A stretch of 64,000 nucleotides of DNA, from contig CAWFXA010000003.1 of NCBI GenBank assembly GCA_963819655.1, positions 928,001 to 992,000 of the forward strand, read 5' to 3'. The stretch is from an uncultured Chloroflexia bacterium (GTDB lineage Bacteria; Chloroflexota; Limnocylindria; Limnocylindrales; CSP1-4). The translations under genes and the position numbers were made by a program. Shown here piece by piece: positions 1 to 10,355 of the stretch; within the stretch, counting starts at the first letter, position 1, and every line of letters starts with the position of its first letter. Below the pieces are notes generated by a model. It did not search any database and was not told the origin of the DNA. It worked only from the letters and a program-made list of their open reading frames with translations.

Positions 1-1
1 C

Positions 2-463
2 ACATCGCGCGGGGTCCTGGGCTGGCTGCCCGACATCCGCGGCTGGGCGCGAGTCGTGGCGCGCTTCGTCAAGCCCGGCGGGCTGTTCTACATCTCGGAG
101 GTCCATCCGGTCCTCCAGGTGTTCGAGAACGAGGGCGTCACGCCACGCGAGCTGCGGCTGCAGTACCCCTACTGGGAGCACGGGGATCCGCTGATCTTCG
201 ATGTCCACGGGTCATACGCCGACCGCGCGGCCGACCTCGGCACCGAGCACAAGGAACACGGCTGGGATCACGGGCTGGGCGAGATCGTCACGGCGTTGAT
301 CGACGCCGGGTTGCGCATCGACCGGCTGGACGAACAACCGTTCCTCGAGTGGCCGGCGGACTTCCTCGTCGAGAGCGAGCCCGGCAGCGGCATCTACGTC
401 CTGCCCGAAGGCCCGGGCGAGCTGCCGCTGATGTTCTCGATCTTGGCCTCCAAACCTGCGTAG
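2..463 (+). CDS. Class I SAM-dependent methyltransferase, C-terminal part (5' truncated by window)
   Basis: Frame is open from base 2: RGVLGWLPDIRGWARVVARFVKPGGLFYISEVHP, the typical post-motif segment of this methyltransferase family. Confidence 0.8.
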   Translation, partial: TSRGVLGWLPDIRGWARVVARFVKPGGLFYISEVHPVLQVFENEGVTPRELRLQYPYWEHGDPLIFDVHGSYADRAADLGTEHKEHGWDHGLGEIVTALIDAGLRIDRLDEQPFLEWPADFLVESEPGSGIYVLPEGPGELPLMFSILASKPA

Positions 464-490
464 GGGCGACGAGGGTCATCGCGCCCGCTG

Positions 491-754
491 TTGACCGTCG
501 GTCAATGTTCTCGACCCGAAGACCGTCCCGGCGAACCTCCGACGCGATCCTCGCTGACCGTCGGTCAACGTTCAAGGCCCGAGGACGACACCAGCGGTCC
601 CTCGACGCATCGTCGCTGACCGTCGGTCAACGTTCAAGGCCCGAGGACGACACCAGCGGTCCCTCGACGCATCGTCGCTGACCGTCGGTCAACGACGCGA
701 CACCCTAGCGGCGATCCGCGGTCCCTGCGACGCCAAACGTTGACCGTTGGTCAC
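491..754. repeat. Tandem array of five TGACC-N3-GGTCA palindromes, 62-63 bp period
   Basis: Palindrome starts at 492, 555, 617, 679 and 741; units 555-616 and 617-678 are identical, the others are diverged but share motifs. Confidence 0.9.
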
Positions 755-828
755 CACGGGAGCCCGCCTGTCACCGCGTCAGGGGCGCTGACGCCGCCCG
801 AGGCCGAAAGCAGCGAGCCGCGCCGGCG

Positions 829-1149
829 TTATCCCAGGCGGACCGCCGTGCCCGACGCGGTGACCATCAGCATCGAGCCTCCTTGGCCGACGGTCTCGTA
901 GTCGAGGTCGACACCCACCACGGCGTCGGCGCCGAGAGCCGAGGCAGCCACCGTCATCTCCTCGATCGCGATCGTGCGAGCCTTCACGAGCTCCTGCTCG
1001 TACGCGCCCGACCGGCCACCGACGATGTCACGGATCCCGGCGAACAGGTCCTTGAAGATGTTCGCCCCGAGGATCGCTTCGCCCGCCACGAGCCCGCGGT
1101 ACTCGGCGATCGTGCGGCCTTCCAGGGTCGGCGTGGTGGAGATGATCAT
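829..1149 (-). CDS. YbjQ/UPF0145 heavy-metal-binding domain protein
   Basis: [24 protein letters not shown] and [13 protein letters not shown] signature. Confidence 0.93.
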   Translation of the reverse strand: MIISTTPTLEGRTIAEYRGLVAGEAILGANIFKDLFAGIRDIVGGRSGAYEQELVKARTIAIEEMTVAASALGADAVVGVDLDYETVGQGGSMLMVTASGTAVRLG

Positions 1150-1223
1150 GTCGCGTCAGTCCTCCGGTCGATGTCGGCGTCGATCGACCGAGGATAGCCG
1201 AGCCGCGTGGGACCGGCCTCCGG

Positions 1224-1691
1224 TCAGGCTCCGTCGCCGAACCCGAGGGACGTCCAGGCAGGCCCACCGGGCCCCTCGATCAGCTCCACGAGCACCCCGT
1301 GGCACGACCGCGGGTGGATGAATGCGACGGGACCCTCGGCACCCCGTCGCGGCACCGTGTCGATCAGCTCGAGCCCGTCCAGCTCGAGGCGGATCAGCGC
1401 TTCCGCAAGGTTCGGGACCTCGAAGCACATGTGGTGGAAACCCTCGCCTTTCGATGCGAGGAACCGCGCGACGCCGGTGGTCTCGTCGGTCGGCTGGACG
1501 AGCTCGACCTTCGATTCTCCGACGCCGAGGAAGGCGATGCGGACTCTGTCGGATGGGATGTCCATGACTGTCTCGAGCTCGAGGCCGAGCATGTCGCGCC
1601 ATAGGCCGAGCGCGTCCTCGATCGACTGGACGATCAGTGCGACGTGATGGATCTTGCCGAGCCGGCGGATCGAGGGCGGGACCTCGGACAT
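1224..1691 (-). CDS. mce: Methylmalonyl-CoA epimerase (VOC fold); in frame with upstream barstar-like ORF
   Basis: IHHVAL, VELVQP, GEGFHHMCFEV, AFIHPRSCHGVLVELIE motifs; ATG at 1691 with AGGAGG SD at 1700-1705; lies in the mutase operon. Confidence 0.9.
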   Translation of the reverse strand: MSEVPPSIRRLGKIHHVALIVQSIEDALGLWRDMLGLELETVMDIPSDRVRIAFLGVGESKVELVQPTDETTGVARFLASKGEGFHHMCFEVPNLAEALIRLELDGLELIDTVPRRGAEGPVAFIHPRSCHGVLVELIEGPGGPAWTSLGFGDGA

Positions 1692-2126
1692 CGGAGAGAC
1701 CTCCTGGTTCGACGTGCCGATGACGGCGACGAGCGGCGCGTCACCCGCCCGCGATCTCGCCGCGGCTGCGGCCGTGACGATCGCCCGGAATGTGCCCGCG
1801 TCCGCAGCGTCGAGCCGGCCCGGGTCGGTCCACGCGATGAGGATGCCGCCGGACATCGACGGCTCCGGGCGTGCGAGCAACTCCTCCAGGGCATCCCAGT
1901 CGCGACCGGCCCAGCCGGGGAAGGCCATCTCGCTCGCGAGCGTCTCCAGCAGCCGGCGTTTGGTGCTCGGGCCGGCCAGGTGGACGAATCTGGCGCCATG
2001 CTCGTTCGCGACGCCGGCGAGGGCCGCCGCGTCGACCGTCCCAGGGGCGTCGATGACCCCGCCGCCACCCTCCGGGGCGAGGCGAGCCTGGAGGTCGGCG
2101 AGCGACGAATGATCCACCGAACCCAC
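1692..2126 (-). CDS. Barstar-like domain, no stop before mce (possible fusion 1224-2126)
   Basis: STKRRLLETLASEMAFPGWAGRDWDALEELL matches the barstar FPxxxGxNWDALxD pattern; GTG start abuts the mutase stop. Confidence 0.7.
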
Positions 2127-3824
2127 TCAGACCGTGATGAGTTCGCGATGCTCGCCCCAGGTCACCCGGAGGCGGTCGCTGATCTCACCGACCGTCGCAT
2201 ACGCGCGGACGGCCTCGAGGATCGGTGGCATGAGGTTGCCGTCGGCGCGCGCGACCCGCTCGAGCTCGTCCATGACGGCGGCCCACCTCTCGGCCGAGCG
2301 CTCGGCCCGGACCGTCCGGACGCGCTCGACCTGTCGCCGCTCCCCCTCCGGATCGATCCGCTGAGTGGGTGGCGTGGCGGGCTCGTCGTCAGTGAAGCGA
2401 TTGACGCCGACGACGACCTGGTCGCCGGTGTCGATGGCCAGCTGGACCCGGTATGCCGCTTCCTGGATCTCGCGCTGCTGGAAGCCTCGCTCGATCGCCG
2501 CGAGCGTGCCGCCCATCGACTCGATCTCGTCGAGGTAGGACCAGGCTGCCGCCTCGAGCTCGTTCGTGAGGCTCTCGACGTAGTAGGAGCCGGCCAACGG
2601 GTCCGGGGTCTCGGTGACACCGGCCTCGTACGCCAGGATCTGCTGGGTTCGCAGGGCCAGGCGGGCGGCCTCCTCGGTCGGTAGGGCGAGGGCCTCGTCC
2701 CGGGAGTTCGTGTGCAGGCTCTGGGCGCCGCCGAGTACCGCCGAGAGGGCCTGGATCGTGGTGCGCACGACGTTGTTGTCGATCGACTGTGCCGTCAGTG
2801 ACGACCCGGCCGTCTGGACGTGGAACCGGCACATCATCGACCGCGGGTTGGTCGCCCCGAAACGCTCCTTCATGATCGTCGCCCACATCCGCCGCGCCAC
2901 CCGGAACTTGGCGACCTCCTCGAACAGCTCCGACCAGGCGGCGAAGAAGAACGACAGTCGCCCCGCGAAGTCGTCGACGTCGAGTCCCCGCTCGACTGCT
3001 GCCTCGACATAGGCGATCGCGTCGGCCAGCGTGAAGGCGAGCTCCTGGGCCGCGGTCGCGCCGGCCTCCCGCATGTGGTAGCCCGAGATCGAGATGGTGT
3101 TCCACTTCGGCAGGTCGCGGGCGCAGAACTCGAAGACATCGGTGACCAGCCGCATCGAGGGGCGCGGCGGGAAGATGTACGTGCCGCGGGCGATGTATTC
3201 CTTGAGGATGTCGTTCTGGGTCGTCCCGCTGATGCTCGCGCGCTCGACGCCTTGCGCCTCGGCCGCCGCGACGTAAAGAGCGAGCAGGATCGGCGCCGTG
3301 GCGTTGATGGTCATCGAGGTGCTGACGGCGCCCAGCGGCAGCCCATCGAGGAGGACCGCCATGTCGGCCAGGCTGCTGATCGGCACGCCGACCCGGCCGA
3401 CCTCGCCTTCGGCCGCCGGGGCGTCCGAGTCGTAGCCCATCTGGGTGGGAAGGTCGAAGGCGACCGACAGGCCGGTCTGACCGTGGTCGAGCAGGTAGCG
3501 GAAACGCCGGTTGGTCTCCTCCGCCGTCGCGAACCCGGCGTACTGCCGCATCGTCCAGAACCGGCTGCGGTACATGGTCGGCTGGACGCCCCGGGTGAAC
3601 GGGAACGCGCCTGGGCGCCCGAGGTCGCGGTCCTCGTCGAGGTCGCCGACGTCCGCTGGCGTGTACAGGTCGCGGATCTCGATGCCGGACGACGTGGCGA
3701 ACCGATCGCGTCGCTCGGCGGCCGACGCGACGGCCTTGGCCCGAAGGGTGGCGCGCCACCGCTCGCGGGCTGGGTCGTTGCCCTCGCCCCCCTGTCGCCG
3801 CCGGCGATCCGTGGCGTCGGTCAT
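2127..3824 (-). CDS. Methylmalonyl-CoA mutase, substrate-binding large subunit (split type, no B12-binding domain)
   Basis: [66 protein letters not shown]; Tyr in RQYAG fits methylmalonyl-CoA specificity. Confidence 0.95.
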   Translation of the reverse strand: MTDATDRRRRQGGEGNDPARERWRATLRAKAVASAAERRDRFATSSGIEIRDLYTPADVGDLDEDRDLGRPGAFPFTRGVQPTMYRSRFWTMRQYAGFATAEETNRRFRYLLDHGQTGLSVAFDLPTQMGYDSDAPAAEGEVGRVGVPISSLADMAVLLDGLPLGAVSTSMTINATAPILLALYVAAAEAQGVERASISGTTQNDILKEYIARGTYIFPPRPSMRLVTDVFEFCARDLPKWNTISISGYHMREAGATAAQELAFTLADAIAYVEAAVERGLDVDDFAGRLSFFFAAWSELFEEVAKFRVARRMWATIMKERFGATNPRSMMCRFHVQTAGSSLTAQSIDNNVVRTTIQALSAVLGGAQSLHTNSRDEALALPTEEAARLALRTQQILAYEAGVTETPDPLAGSYYVESLTNELEAAAWSYLDEIESMGGTLAAIERGFQQREIQEAAYRVQLAIDTGDQVVVGVNRFTDDEPATPPTQRIDPEGERRQVERVRTVRAERSAERWAAVMDELERVARADGNLMPPILEAVRAYATVGEISDRLRVTWGEHRELITV

Positions 3825-3828
3825 GGCC

Positions 3829-4314
3829 TCACTCTAGGACGACGAGGACGTCGCCGAGCTCGACCGTCGCGCCGGCGGTCGCGGGGATCCTCGCGACCGT
3901 GCCCGACCGTGGCGCGCGCAGCTCGTTCTGCATCTTCATCGCCTCCACGGCCAGCAACGTCTGGCCGGCCTCGACGCGATCGCCCGGATTGACGGCGACC
4001 GATGCGACCCTGCCCGGGATGATGGCACGGATCTCGAGGGGTCCACCAGCCCCGGCGACAGCGCCGCGGACCTTCGATGCCCGCTCCCGGAGGACGGCTC
4101 GTGTCTCGTCCTCGACGGCCATCTCGAACCGCCAGCCGTCCACGATGACCTCGATCCTCCGTTGCCCATCGCCGTCGAGAGCTCCGACCCGCCCGAGGTG
4201 GATGTGGTGGCGCCCCGGGACCGCGGTACCGGCCGCGACCATGTGGCGCGTCCCATCAGGCTGGGCGGTGGCGGGTGACTCGGTCACCCGAACCGCGCGG
4301 TCCGCGCTCGTCAT
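3829..4314 (-). CDS. Biotin carboxyl carrier protein
   Basis: EAMKMQNE biotinylation motif; ATG overlaps the upstream stop (ATGA). Confidence 0.9.
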   Translation of the reverse strand: MTSADRAVRVTESPATAQPDGTRHMVAAGTAVPGRHHIHLGRVGALDGDGQRRIEVIVDGWRFEMAVEDETRAVLRERASKVRGAVAGAGGPLEIRAIIPGRVASVAVNPGDRVEAGQTLLAVEAMKMQNELRAPRSGTVARIPATAGATVELGDVLVVLE

Positions 4315-5921
4315 CGCGGCCAGCGTTCGGTGGCTGCCTGGCGACCCGCGCGTCGCCACCCGGACTCAGCCGGTGCCCGATCGTCTTTGCGCAAAGACGC
4401 CGCCTCCGTTCGGTGGGCGGGATCGGACGCGCTCGCGGCCGCGGTGATCGCCGCCACCGCCGTGACGCGTGCCCGGTCCACCGGGCCGTCCCAGCGCTCC
4501 CCCACCCAATCGGTCGACAGCGTGGATCCGGTCTCGTCGCCGAAAGCTGGGTCGCGGACGAGCGCCCGGTGGAACGGCAGCGTCGTCTGGATGCCACTGA
4601 CGACGACCTCGTCAAGGGCCCGCCGCATCCGCCGGAGCGCGGCGCCCCGGTCGCGTCCGACGGTCATGATCTTGGCGATCAGCGGGTCATAGTCGGGCGG
4701 GACGCGGTCACCCGGACGGATGGCCGTGTCGACCCGGACACCTGGGCCGGAGGGCATGATCCATGCGCCGATGCGGCCGGGGACGGGCGCGAATCCGCGC
4801 GCCGGATCCTCGGCCGCCAACCGCACCTCGACGGCGTGCCGGCGGGGCGTGGCCGCCATCACCGCCACCTCGCGGACGGCGTCGGACAGCGGCTCGCCTC
4901 CCGCCAGCCACAGCTGCTCGGCGACGAGGTCGAGGTCGGTGACGAGCTCCGTCACGCCGTGCTCGACCTGGAGTCGCGCGTTGACCTCGAGAAACCAGAA
5001 GCGCCGGTCCGGGTCGAAGAGGAACTCCGCGGTCGCCGCGTTGTGGAGGCCGGCGGCGCGAGCCGCCCGGACCGCCATCGCGTGCAGCTCGGCTCGCTCA
5101 TCCGCCGACAGGCCGGGCGCCGGTGTCTCCTCGACAAGCTTCTGGTGCCGTCGCTGGACGGAGCAATCCCGCTCGCCCAGGGCGACGACATCGCCCAGCT
5201 CGTCACCGAGCAGCTGGACCTCGATGTGTCGCGCCGGTCGGATCTCATGCTCGAGGTATACGGATCCGTCCCCGAACGCCGCCAGTGCCTCGGCTGCGCC
5301 TGCGGCCACCGCGGCCGGCAGGTCGGTCGGCGTCTCGACGCGGCGCATGCCTCGTCCGCCCCCGCCCGCTGCCGCCTTGACGAACAACGGAAAGCCGATC
5401 CCCTCCGCGGCCGCGACGACGCCCTGGATCTGATCCGCACGGTCGATCGGCAGCAGTTCGAATGACCCGGGCACGACCGGCACGCCGGCCGCCATCACCG
5501 TCCGCCGGGCGACGAGCTTGTCGCCCAGCGCCTCGATCGCGCTGGCGCGCGGACCGATGAAGACGAGCCCGGCATCGGTCACGGCTCGGGCGAACGACGC
5601 GCGCTCCGACAGGAAGCCGTAGCCCGGATGGATGGCTTCGGCCCCGGTCGCGAGTGCCGCCTCGATGATCGCGTCGCCGCGGAGATAGCTCTCCCCGGCC
5701 GGGGCCGGGCCAAGACGCACCGCCGCGTCCGCAGCCCCGACGTGGGCCGCATCGACATCCGCGTCGGAGTAGACGACGACCGTCTCGATGCCGAGCTCGC
5801 GACACGTCCGAATGATGCGCACGGCGATCTCGCCGCGGTTCGCGACTAGGACCCGGTCGAACGGTCGCGTCCGGCCGTCCTTGCGCAAAGACGCGGCCCC
5901 CGGCCGGGCGACGCTCGTCAC
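4311..5921 (-). CDS. accC: Biotin carboxylase subunit of acetyl/propionyl-CoA carboxylase
   Basis: [52 protein letters not shown]; GTG overlaps the pccB stop. Confidence 0.93.
   Translation of the reverse strand: MTSVARPGAASLRKDGRTRPFDRVLVANRGEIAVRIIRTCRELGIETVVVYSDADVDAAHVGAADAAVRLGPAPAGESYLRGDAIIEAALATGAEAIHPGYGFLSERASFARAVTDAGLVFIGPRASAIEALGDKLVARRTVMAAGVPVVPGSFELLPIDRADQIQGVVAAAEGIGFPLFVKAAAGGGGRGMRRVETPTDLPAAVAAGAAEALAAFGDGSVYLEHEIRPARHIEVQLLGDELGDVVALGERDCSVQRRHQKLVEETPAPGLSADERAELHAMAVRAARAAGLHNAATAEFLFDPDRRFWFLEVNARLQVEHGVTELVTDLDLVAEQLWLAGGEPLSDAVREVAVMAATPRRHAVEVRLAAEDPARGFAPVPGRIGAWIMPSGPGVRVDTAIRPGDRVPPDYDPLIAKIMTVGRDRGAALRRMRRALDEVVVSGIQTTLPFHRALVRDPAFGDETGSTLSTDWVGERWDGPVDRARVTAVAAITAAASASDPAHRTEAASLRKDDRAPAESGWRRAGRQAATERWPR
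4383..4398. promoter_or_regulatory. Perfect 16-bp palindrome GTCTTTGCGCAAAGAC, candidate parS-like site 1
   Basis: Perfect inverted repeat (18 bp with flanks) inside accC; recurs at 5877, 7489 and 8979. Confidence 0.6.
5877..5892. promoter_or_regulatory. Palindrome GTCCTTGCGCAAAGAC, candidate parS-like site 2
   Basis: One mismatch to site 1; in the 5' end of accC. Confidence 0.6.
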
Positions 5922-7462
5922 AGCGGGATGTTGCCGTGCTTTTTCGGTGGGTTCGTGTCCCGCTTGTCGGCGAGCATCTCCAATGCCTTGATCAGACGCG
6001 GCCGCGTCTCGGATGGCCGGATGACGTCGTCGACGTAGCCCCGCGCGGCCGCGACATACGGATTGGCGAACCGCTCCTCGTAGTCGGCGACCAGCTGAGA
6101 CCGCGCCGCCTCCGGGTCGGCCGCGGCGGCGATGTCGTCCCGGTTGAGGATGTTGACCGCGCCCTCCGCACCCATCACAGCGATCTCCGCCGTCGGCCAC
6201 GCCAGGTTGATGTCGCCGCGGACGTGTTTGCTCGACATGACGTCATAGGCCCCGCCGTACGCCTTTCGCGTGATGACGGTCAGCTTGGGGACCGTCGCCT
6301 CGCAATACGCATAGAGCAGCTTCGCGCCGTGACGGATGATCCCGCCATGCTCCTGTCCGACGCCGGGCAGGAAGCCAGGGACGTCCACCAGCGTCAGCAG
6401 CGGGACGTTGAAGCAGTCACAGGTACGGACGAAGCGGGCCGCCTTCGTCGATGCGTCGATATCGAGTGCGCCTGCGAGGACCGCGGGCTGCTGCGCGACG
6501 ATCCCGACGCTTCGGCCGGCGAGCCTCGCGAACCCTGTGATGATGTTCGGCGCCCAGCCCGGCTGGATCTCGAGGAACGCGCTGTCGTCGACGATCCGCT
6601 CGATGACCCCATGCATGTCGTACGGCTTCGACGCATCGTCTGGGACGATCGAGTCCAGCGCGGAATCCATCCGGTCCGTCGGATCGGACGTCTCGACCCG
6701 CGGCGCATCGCCGAGGTTGTTCTGCGGCAGGAATCCGAGGAGACGTCGCGCCGAGGCGAGAGCGTCCGCCTCGTCGCGCGCGGCGAGATGCGCCACTCCG
6801 CTCCGGGTCGTATGCGTCGTCGCGCCGCCCAGCGTCTCGGCGTCGACATCCTCGTGGGTGACGGCCTTCACGACACTGGGCCCGGTGACGAACATGTAGC
6901 TCGTTCCGTCGACCATGATCGTGAAGTCGGTGATCGCCGGCGAGTACACCGCGCCACCGGCGCACGGCCCCAGGACGAGGGACAGTTGAGGCACGACCCC
7001 GGACGCAAGGGTGTTGCGCAGGAAGATGTCCGCGTAGCCGCCGAGCGAGACGACCCCCTCCTGGATCCGTGCCCCGCCGGAGTCGTTCAGGCCGACGATC
7101 GGTGCCCCGACTTTCATCGCAAGGTCCATGACCTTACAGATCTTTTCGGCATAGGCCTCGGACAGGGATCCACCGAAGACGGTGAAGTCCTGGCTGAAGA
7201 CGAACACCAGCCGACCGTCGATCGTGCCATGGCCGGTGACGACACCATCGCCGAGGAACGCCGTTTCGGCCTCCGGGTTCCGATTCGTGACGAATGCATC
7301 GAGCTCGACGAACGAATCTGCGTCAAGCAAGAGGTCGAGTCGCTCGCGCGCGGTCAGTTTTCCGCGTTCGTGCTGTTGATCGATACGGTCCTGGCCGCCT
7401 CCCAGTCGCGCCTCCGCGCGCATCGCCTCAAGACGCGCCAATCGCTGTTCATTCGTCGACAC
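5918..7462 (-). CDS. pccB: Acyl-CoA (propionyl-CoA) carboxylase carboxyltransferase beta subunit
   Basis: [57 protein letters not shown]-terminal KKHGNIPL; GTG at 7462 with GGAGGT SD. Confidence 0.95.
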   Translation of the reverse strand: MSTNEQRLARLEAMRAEARLGGGQDRIDQQHERGKLTARERLDLLLDADSFVELDAFVTNRNPEAETAFLGDGVVTGHGTIDGRLVFVFSQDFTVFGGSLSEAYAEKICKVMDLAMKVGAPIVGLNDSGGARIQEGVVSLGGYADIFLRNTLASGVVPQLSLVLGPCAGGAVYSPAITDFTIMVDGTSYMFVTGPSVVKAVTHEDVDAETLGGATTHTTRSGVAHLAARDEADALASARRLLGFLPQNNLGDAPRVETSDPTDRMDSALDSIVPDDASKPYDMHGVIERIVDDSAFLEIQPGWAPNIITGFARLAGRSVGIVAQQPAVLAGALDIDASTKAARFVRTCDCFNVPLLTLVDVPGFLPGVGQEHGGIIRHGAKLLYAYCEATVPKLTVITRKAYGGAYDVMSSKHVRGDINLAWPTAEIAVMGAEGAVNILNRDDIAAAADPEAARSQLVADYEERFANPYVAAARGYVDDVIRPSETRPRLIKALEMLADKRDTNPPKKHGNIPL

Positions 7463-7488
7463 CAGTCGGACCTCCGCGAAAATGGCGT

Positions 7489-7504
7489 GTCTTTGCACAC
7501 GGAC
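7489..7504. promoter_or_regulatory. Degenerate copy GTCTTTGCACACGGAC, candidate parS-like site 3, in the pccB-parA divergent region
   Basis: Three mismatches to the perfect palindrome, two to the reverse complement of the site 2 variant. Confidence 0.4.
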
Positions 7505-7526
7505 ATGGGCCATCATACGGTCACAG

Positions 7527-7569
7527 TTATCCACGGAAATGGTGAACAACTCGCGCCGCGTGTGGATAA
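7527..7569. promoter_or_regulatory. Inverted pair of DnaA boxes upstream of parA
   Basis: TTATCCACG at 7527-7535 (one mismatch) and TGTGGATAA at 7561-7569 (perfect TTATCCACA on the minus strand). Confidence 0.7.
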
Positions 7570-7664
7570 CCGGGTGCCCGCGATAACAATTGCTGGAGTA
7601 GCATGACCGGACGTCCCGCCCGTCCCCGTCAGCCCAGGGCGATCGATTCCGAGGTGATGCCCCA

Positions 7665-8435
7665 GTGAAGAACGTCATCGCGATCGCGAATCAGAAGGGC
7701 GGCGTTGGTAAGACGACGACAGCGATCAACCTCGCGGGGGCACTCGCCGAAGAGGGCTATCGAGTCCTCTGCATCGATATGGATCCCCAAGCGAACCTCA
7801 CCGCGGGCCTCGGCGTGAACCTCAACACCGTCGAGCGATCGATGGCCGACGTCCTCGCCGACGGCCGCTCGAAACTCGTGGACGTGATCCTCGCGACCGA
7901 GAGCCCGGGCATCGATGTGGCTCCCGCCCATATCGATCTCGCTTCGACCGAAGGCGAACTGTTCACCGCGTTGGGGCGGGAGAACATCCTGAAGGAGGCG
8001 ATCGTCGGCCAGCTCAAGGGTTACGACTACGTCCTTATCGATTGCCCACCGAACCTCGGCCTGCTCACCGTCAATGGGCTGGTAGCCGCCAACGGCGTGA
8101 TCATCCCGGTCCAGACCCAGTACTACGCGATGAAGGGCCTGACCAATCTCGTCAAGGTCATCAACGCGATCCGTCTCAAGCTGAACCGGAACCTCCGGAT
8201 CCTAGGTCTCCTGCCAACGTTCTACGACGGCCGGACGAACCTGGCCCGCGACATGCTGGACGAGCTGCGTGTCGTCGGCGACCACCATGTCTTCAGCAGC
8301 ATCGTCCGCAACACCGTCAAGCTCGGCGAGGCTCCGCTCGTCGGGCGACCGATCACGACGTACGCCGGCAGCAGCGAGGCTGCCCGGACGTACCGCGAGC
8401 TCGCACGAGAGGTGGTGGATCTTGGCACGGCCTGA
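7665..8435 (+). CDS. parA: ParA/Soj family ATPase
   Basis: [11 protein letters not shown] deviant Walker [18 protein letters not shown]; no N-terminal HTH. Confidence 0.96.
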   Translation: MKNVIAIANQKGGVGKTTTAINLAGALAEEGYRVLCIDMDPQANLTAGLGVNLNTVERSMADVLADGRSKLVDVILATESPGIDVAPAHIDLASTEGELFTALGRENILKEAIVGQLKGYDYVLIDCPPNLGLLTVNGLVAANGVIIPVQTQYYAMKGLTNLVKVINAIRLKLNRNLRILGLLPTFYDGRTNLARDMLDELRVVGDHHVFSSIVRNTVKLGEAPLVGRPITTYAGSSEAARTYRELAREVVDLGTA

Positions 8436-9465
8436 TTTCCGCGCAGCGGCCGCGCGCCGCCTGTCGGAGGAGCGCGAGCTCTCCCCTGCCATCGTCAGCC
8501 TGCTGTCGCCGGACAGCCCGACGCGCAGCGTCGGCGTCCGCATCGTGCCGCTCGACCACATCGAGCAGAACCCGGAGCAGCCGCGCCTGGCGATGAACCC
8601 GGAGGCGCTCGACGAGCTCGCGGCATCGATCCGTGAGCACGGTGTCCTCCAACCGATCCTCGTCCGGCCCGTCGGCCCGAACACATACCAGCTGATCGCC
8701 GGCGAACGCCGCTGGCGCGCCTCGAAGCAGGCGGGCCTAACGACCATCCCGGCGCTGATCGAAGAGATCGACGACGACACGGCGCTCGAGATCTCCATCA
8801 TCGAGAACCTCCAGCGCGAGGACATCTCGCCTCTCGACGAAGCGGCGATGTTCGACCGCATGGTGTCCGAGCACGGGTACAGCATCCGCAAGCTCGCCGA
8901 CAAGCTCGGCAAGGACAAGGGCTACGTCGAGAACCGGCTCCGCCTGGCCGACGCCCCCGACGAGGTGCGCGAGCTCGTGTCCTTGCGCAAAGACACGCTC
9001 TCGCACGCGTACGAGCTGATGAAGGTCCAGGACCCGAAGCGACGCCGGCGACTCGCCGACCAGGTCGCGCGTGGCGAACTGACGCTCATCAGGCTTCGAG
9101 ACAAGATCGAGGGTCGTCGGGCGCGTCAGCCACAGCTGGCAGAGGAGCTCGAGGGCGCCGAGGCCGTCGTGATCCTCGAGGCAGTGATGATCGAGGACGA
9201 GCCGACCAACGGCTCGGCCATCGAGCCCGAGACCGACGCCGAAGCGCGACCCGCGCCGCGTCGGCCACTCAGCGACGACTCGCTCGTCAACGCCAAAGCG
9301 TCGCTCGCAGAGGCCCTCGACGAGTTGGTCGGCGTGCTCCGTGAGCCCGACGCGATACGTTCGATCGGCGACGTCGACCGGGACAATCTCGCGAAGTATC
9401 TGACGATCTCGAAGCTGCGGCTGGAGAACGCGATCGCGCTCGTCCGATCTGGCGAACTCGACTGA
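8422..9465 (+). CDS. parB: ParB/Spo0J family partition protein
   Basis: [25 protein letters not shown] (CTPase box), [19 protein letters not shown]; TTG start overlapping parA is inferred. Confidence 0.94.
   Translation: MARPDFRAAAARRLSEERELSPAIVSLLSPDSPTRSVGVRIVPLDHIEQNPEQPRLAMNPEALDELAASIREHGVLQPILVRPVGPNTYQLIAGERRWRASKQAGLTTIPALIEEIDDDTALEISIIENLQREDISPLDEAAMFDRMVSEHGYSIRKLADKLGKDKGYVENRLRLADAPDEVRELVSLRKDTLSHAYELMKVQDPKRRRRLADQVARGELTLIRLRDKIEGRRARQPQLAEELEGAEAVVILEAVMIEDEPTNGSAIEPETDAEARPAPRRPLSDDSLVNAKASLAEALDELVGVLREPDAIRSIGDVDRDNLAKYLTISKLRLENAIALVRSGELD
8979..8994. promoter_or_regulatory. Palindrome GTCCTTGCGCAAAGAC inside parB, candidate parS-like site 4
   Basis: Extends to the 22-bp near-perfect CGTGTCCTTGCGCAAAGACACG (8976-8997). 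Confidence 0.6.
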
Positions 9466-9499
9466 CGGCGTTCACCGCAACCGATTCGGCGACGCCTGC

Positions 9500-10351
9500 C
9501 TAGAACTCGACCTGCGTCATCGCCGCGACCCAGCCGGTCGCGGCGACCGCCGCTCCGACCGCCTGGGTCTCCCATGAACGCTGCCGCGCGCGGGGAGTCG
9601 AGCCGCGCCCGAGCGCGAGCCCCATAGTGACCAGCAGGGTCCCTGCGACCACCAGAGTCCACGTCGCAACGCCCCAGCTGGCGCGCCCTACGAGCACCAC
9701 GCCGACACCCGTCGCCGCGGCCATGAGCCCGGCGTTCAGCCACCACGATCGGACGGGTCCGAGGGCCGTCGCCACGGAGGAGGTCGCGGCCGCACGATCT
9801 GCGTCCAGGTCGGCACGCGCATTCGCCACGGCGAGTGCCGCGCCGGCGAGCACCGCCATCGGGATGAGCACGGCGAAAAATGCCGGGAGCGTACCCGTCG
9901 CCCCGAACCAGCCGTAGATAGGCAGCATCGGGATTCCCACGGCGAACGGCAGCCATGACCATGGCGTCCCCTTGGCCACGAGGTCGTAGGCGGCGCCGAT
10001 CGCCAGAACGACCAGGGCGAGACCGACGAGGCGCACGTCGACGATCGCCGCCAACCCCAGACCCAAGGCGGCCGCAACCAGGGCCACGGTCCGGGCGGTC
10101 GCGACAGACACCTCTTGTGCCGGGATCGGCTTGGGCGGCACCCGGCCCGCATCGGCCGGCGCATCGACGAGGTCGTTCAGCGCGCCGATCGCCAGCTGCA
10201 GCGCGATCATCGAAAGCCCGAGCAAGGCGCTGAGCGCGACCCCTCCCCCGGCAAGGAGCCCCACCGCGCCGACGACGACACCGTCAAGGATCGACGGGAA
10301 GGGATGGACCAGCCGGACCAGCGCCGGGAGGCGCGAGGACGCGGTGACCGT
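9500..10351 (-). CDS. UbiA family prenyltransferase (start uncertain)
   Basis: LVRLVHPFPS N-terminal motif, ALNDLVDAPAD and NARADLDAD Asp-rich motifs, multiple TM helices; first canonical start (10264) lies downstream of the conserved N-terminus. Confidence 0.8.
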   Translation of the reverse strand, partial: TVTASSRLPALVRLVHPFPSILDGVVVGAVGLLAGGGVALSALLGLSMIALQLAIGALNDLVDAPADAGRVPPKPIPAQEVSVATARTVALVAAALGLGLAAIVDVRLVGLALVVLAIGAAYDLVAKGTPWSWLPFAVGIPMLPIYGWFGATGTLPAFFAVLIPMAVLAGAALAVANARADLDADRAAATSSVATALGPVRSWWLNAGLMAAATGVGVVLVGRASWGVATWTLVVAGTLLVTMGLALGRGSTPRARQRSWETQAVGAAVAATGWVAAMTQVEF

Positions 10352-10355
10352 TCGG

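Noticed and set aside
491-754. CRISPR array (62-bp period, palindromic repeat)
   Set aside because: The conserved core is only about 13-18 bp, the spacers are mutually homologous with two identical, and there are no cas genes or AT-rich leader in the window.
7665-9465. Plasmid or prophage partition cassette
   Set aside because: It is flanked by housekeeping genes with no rep, integrase or phage genes, and ParA is Soj-like without an N-terminal HTH.
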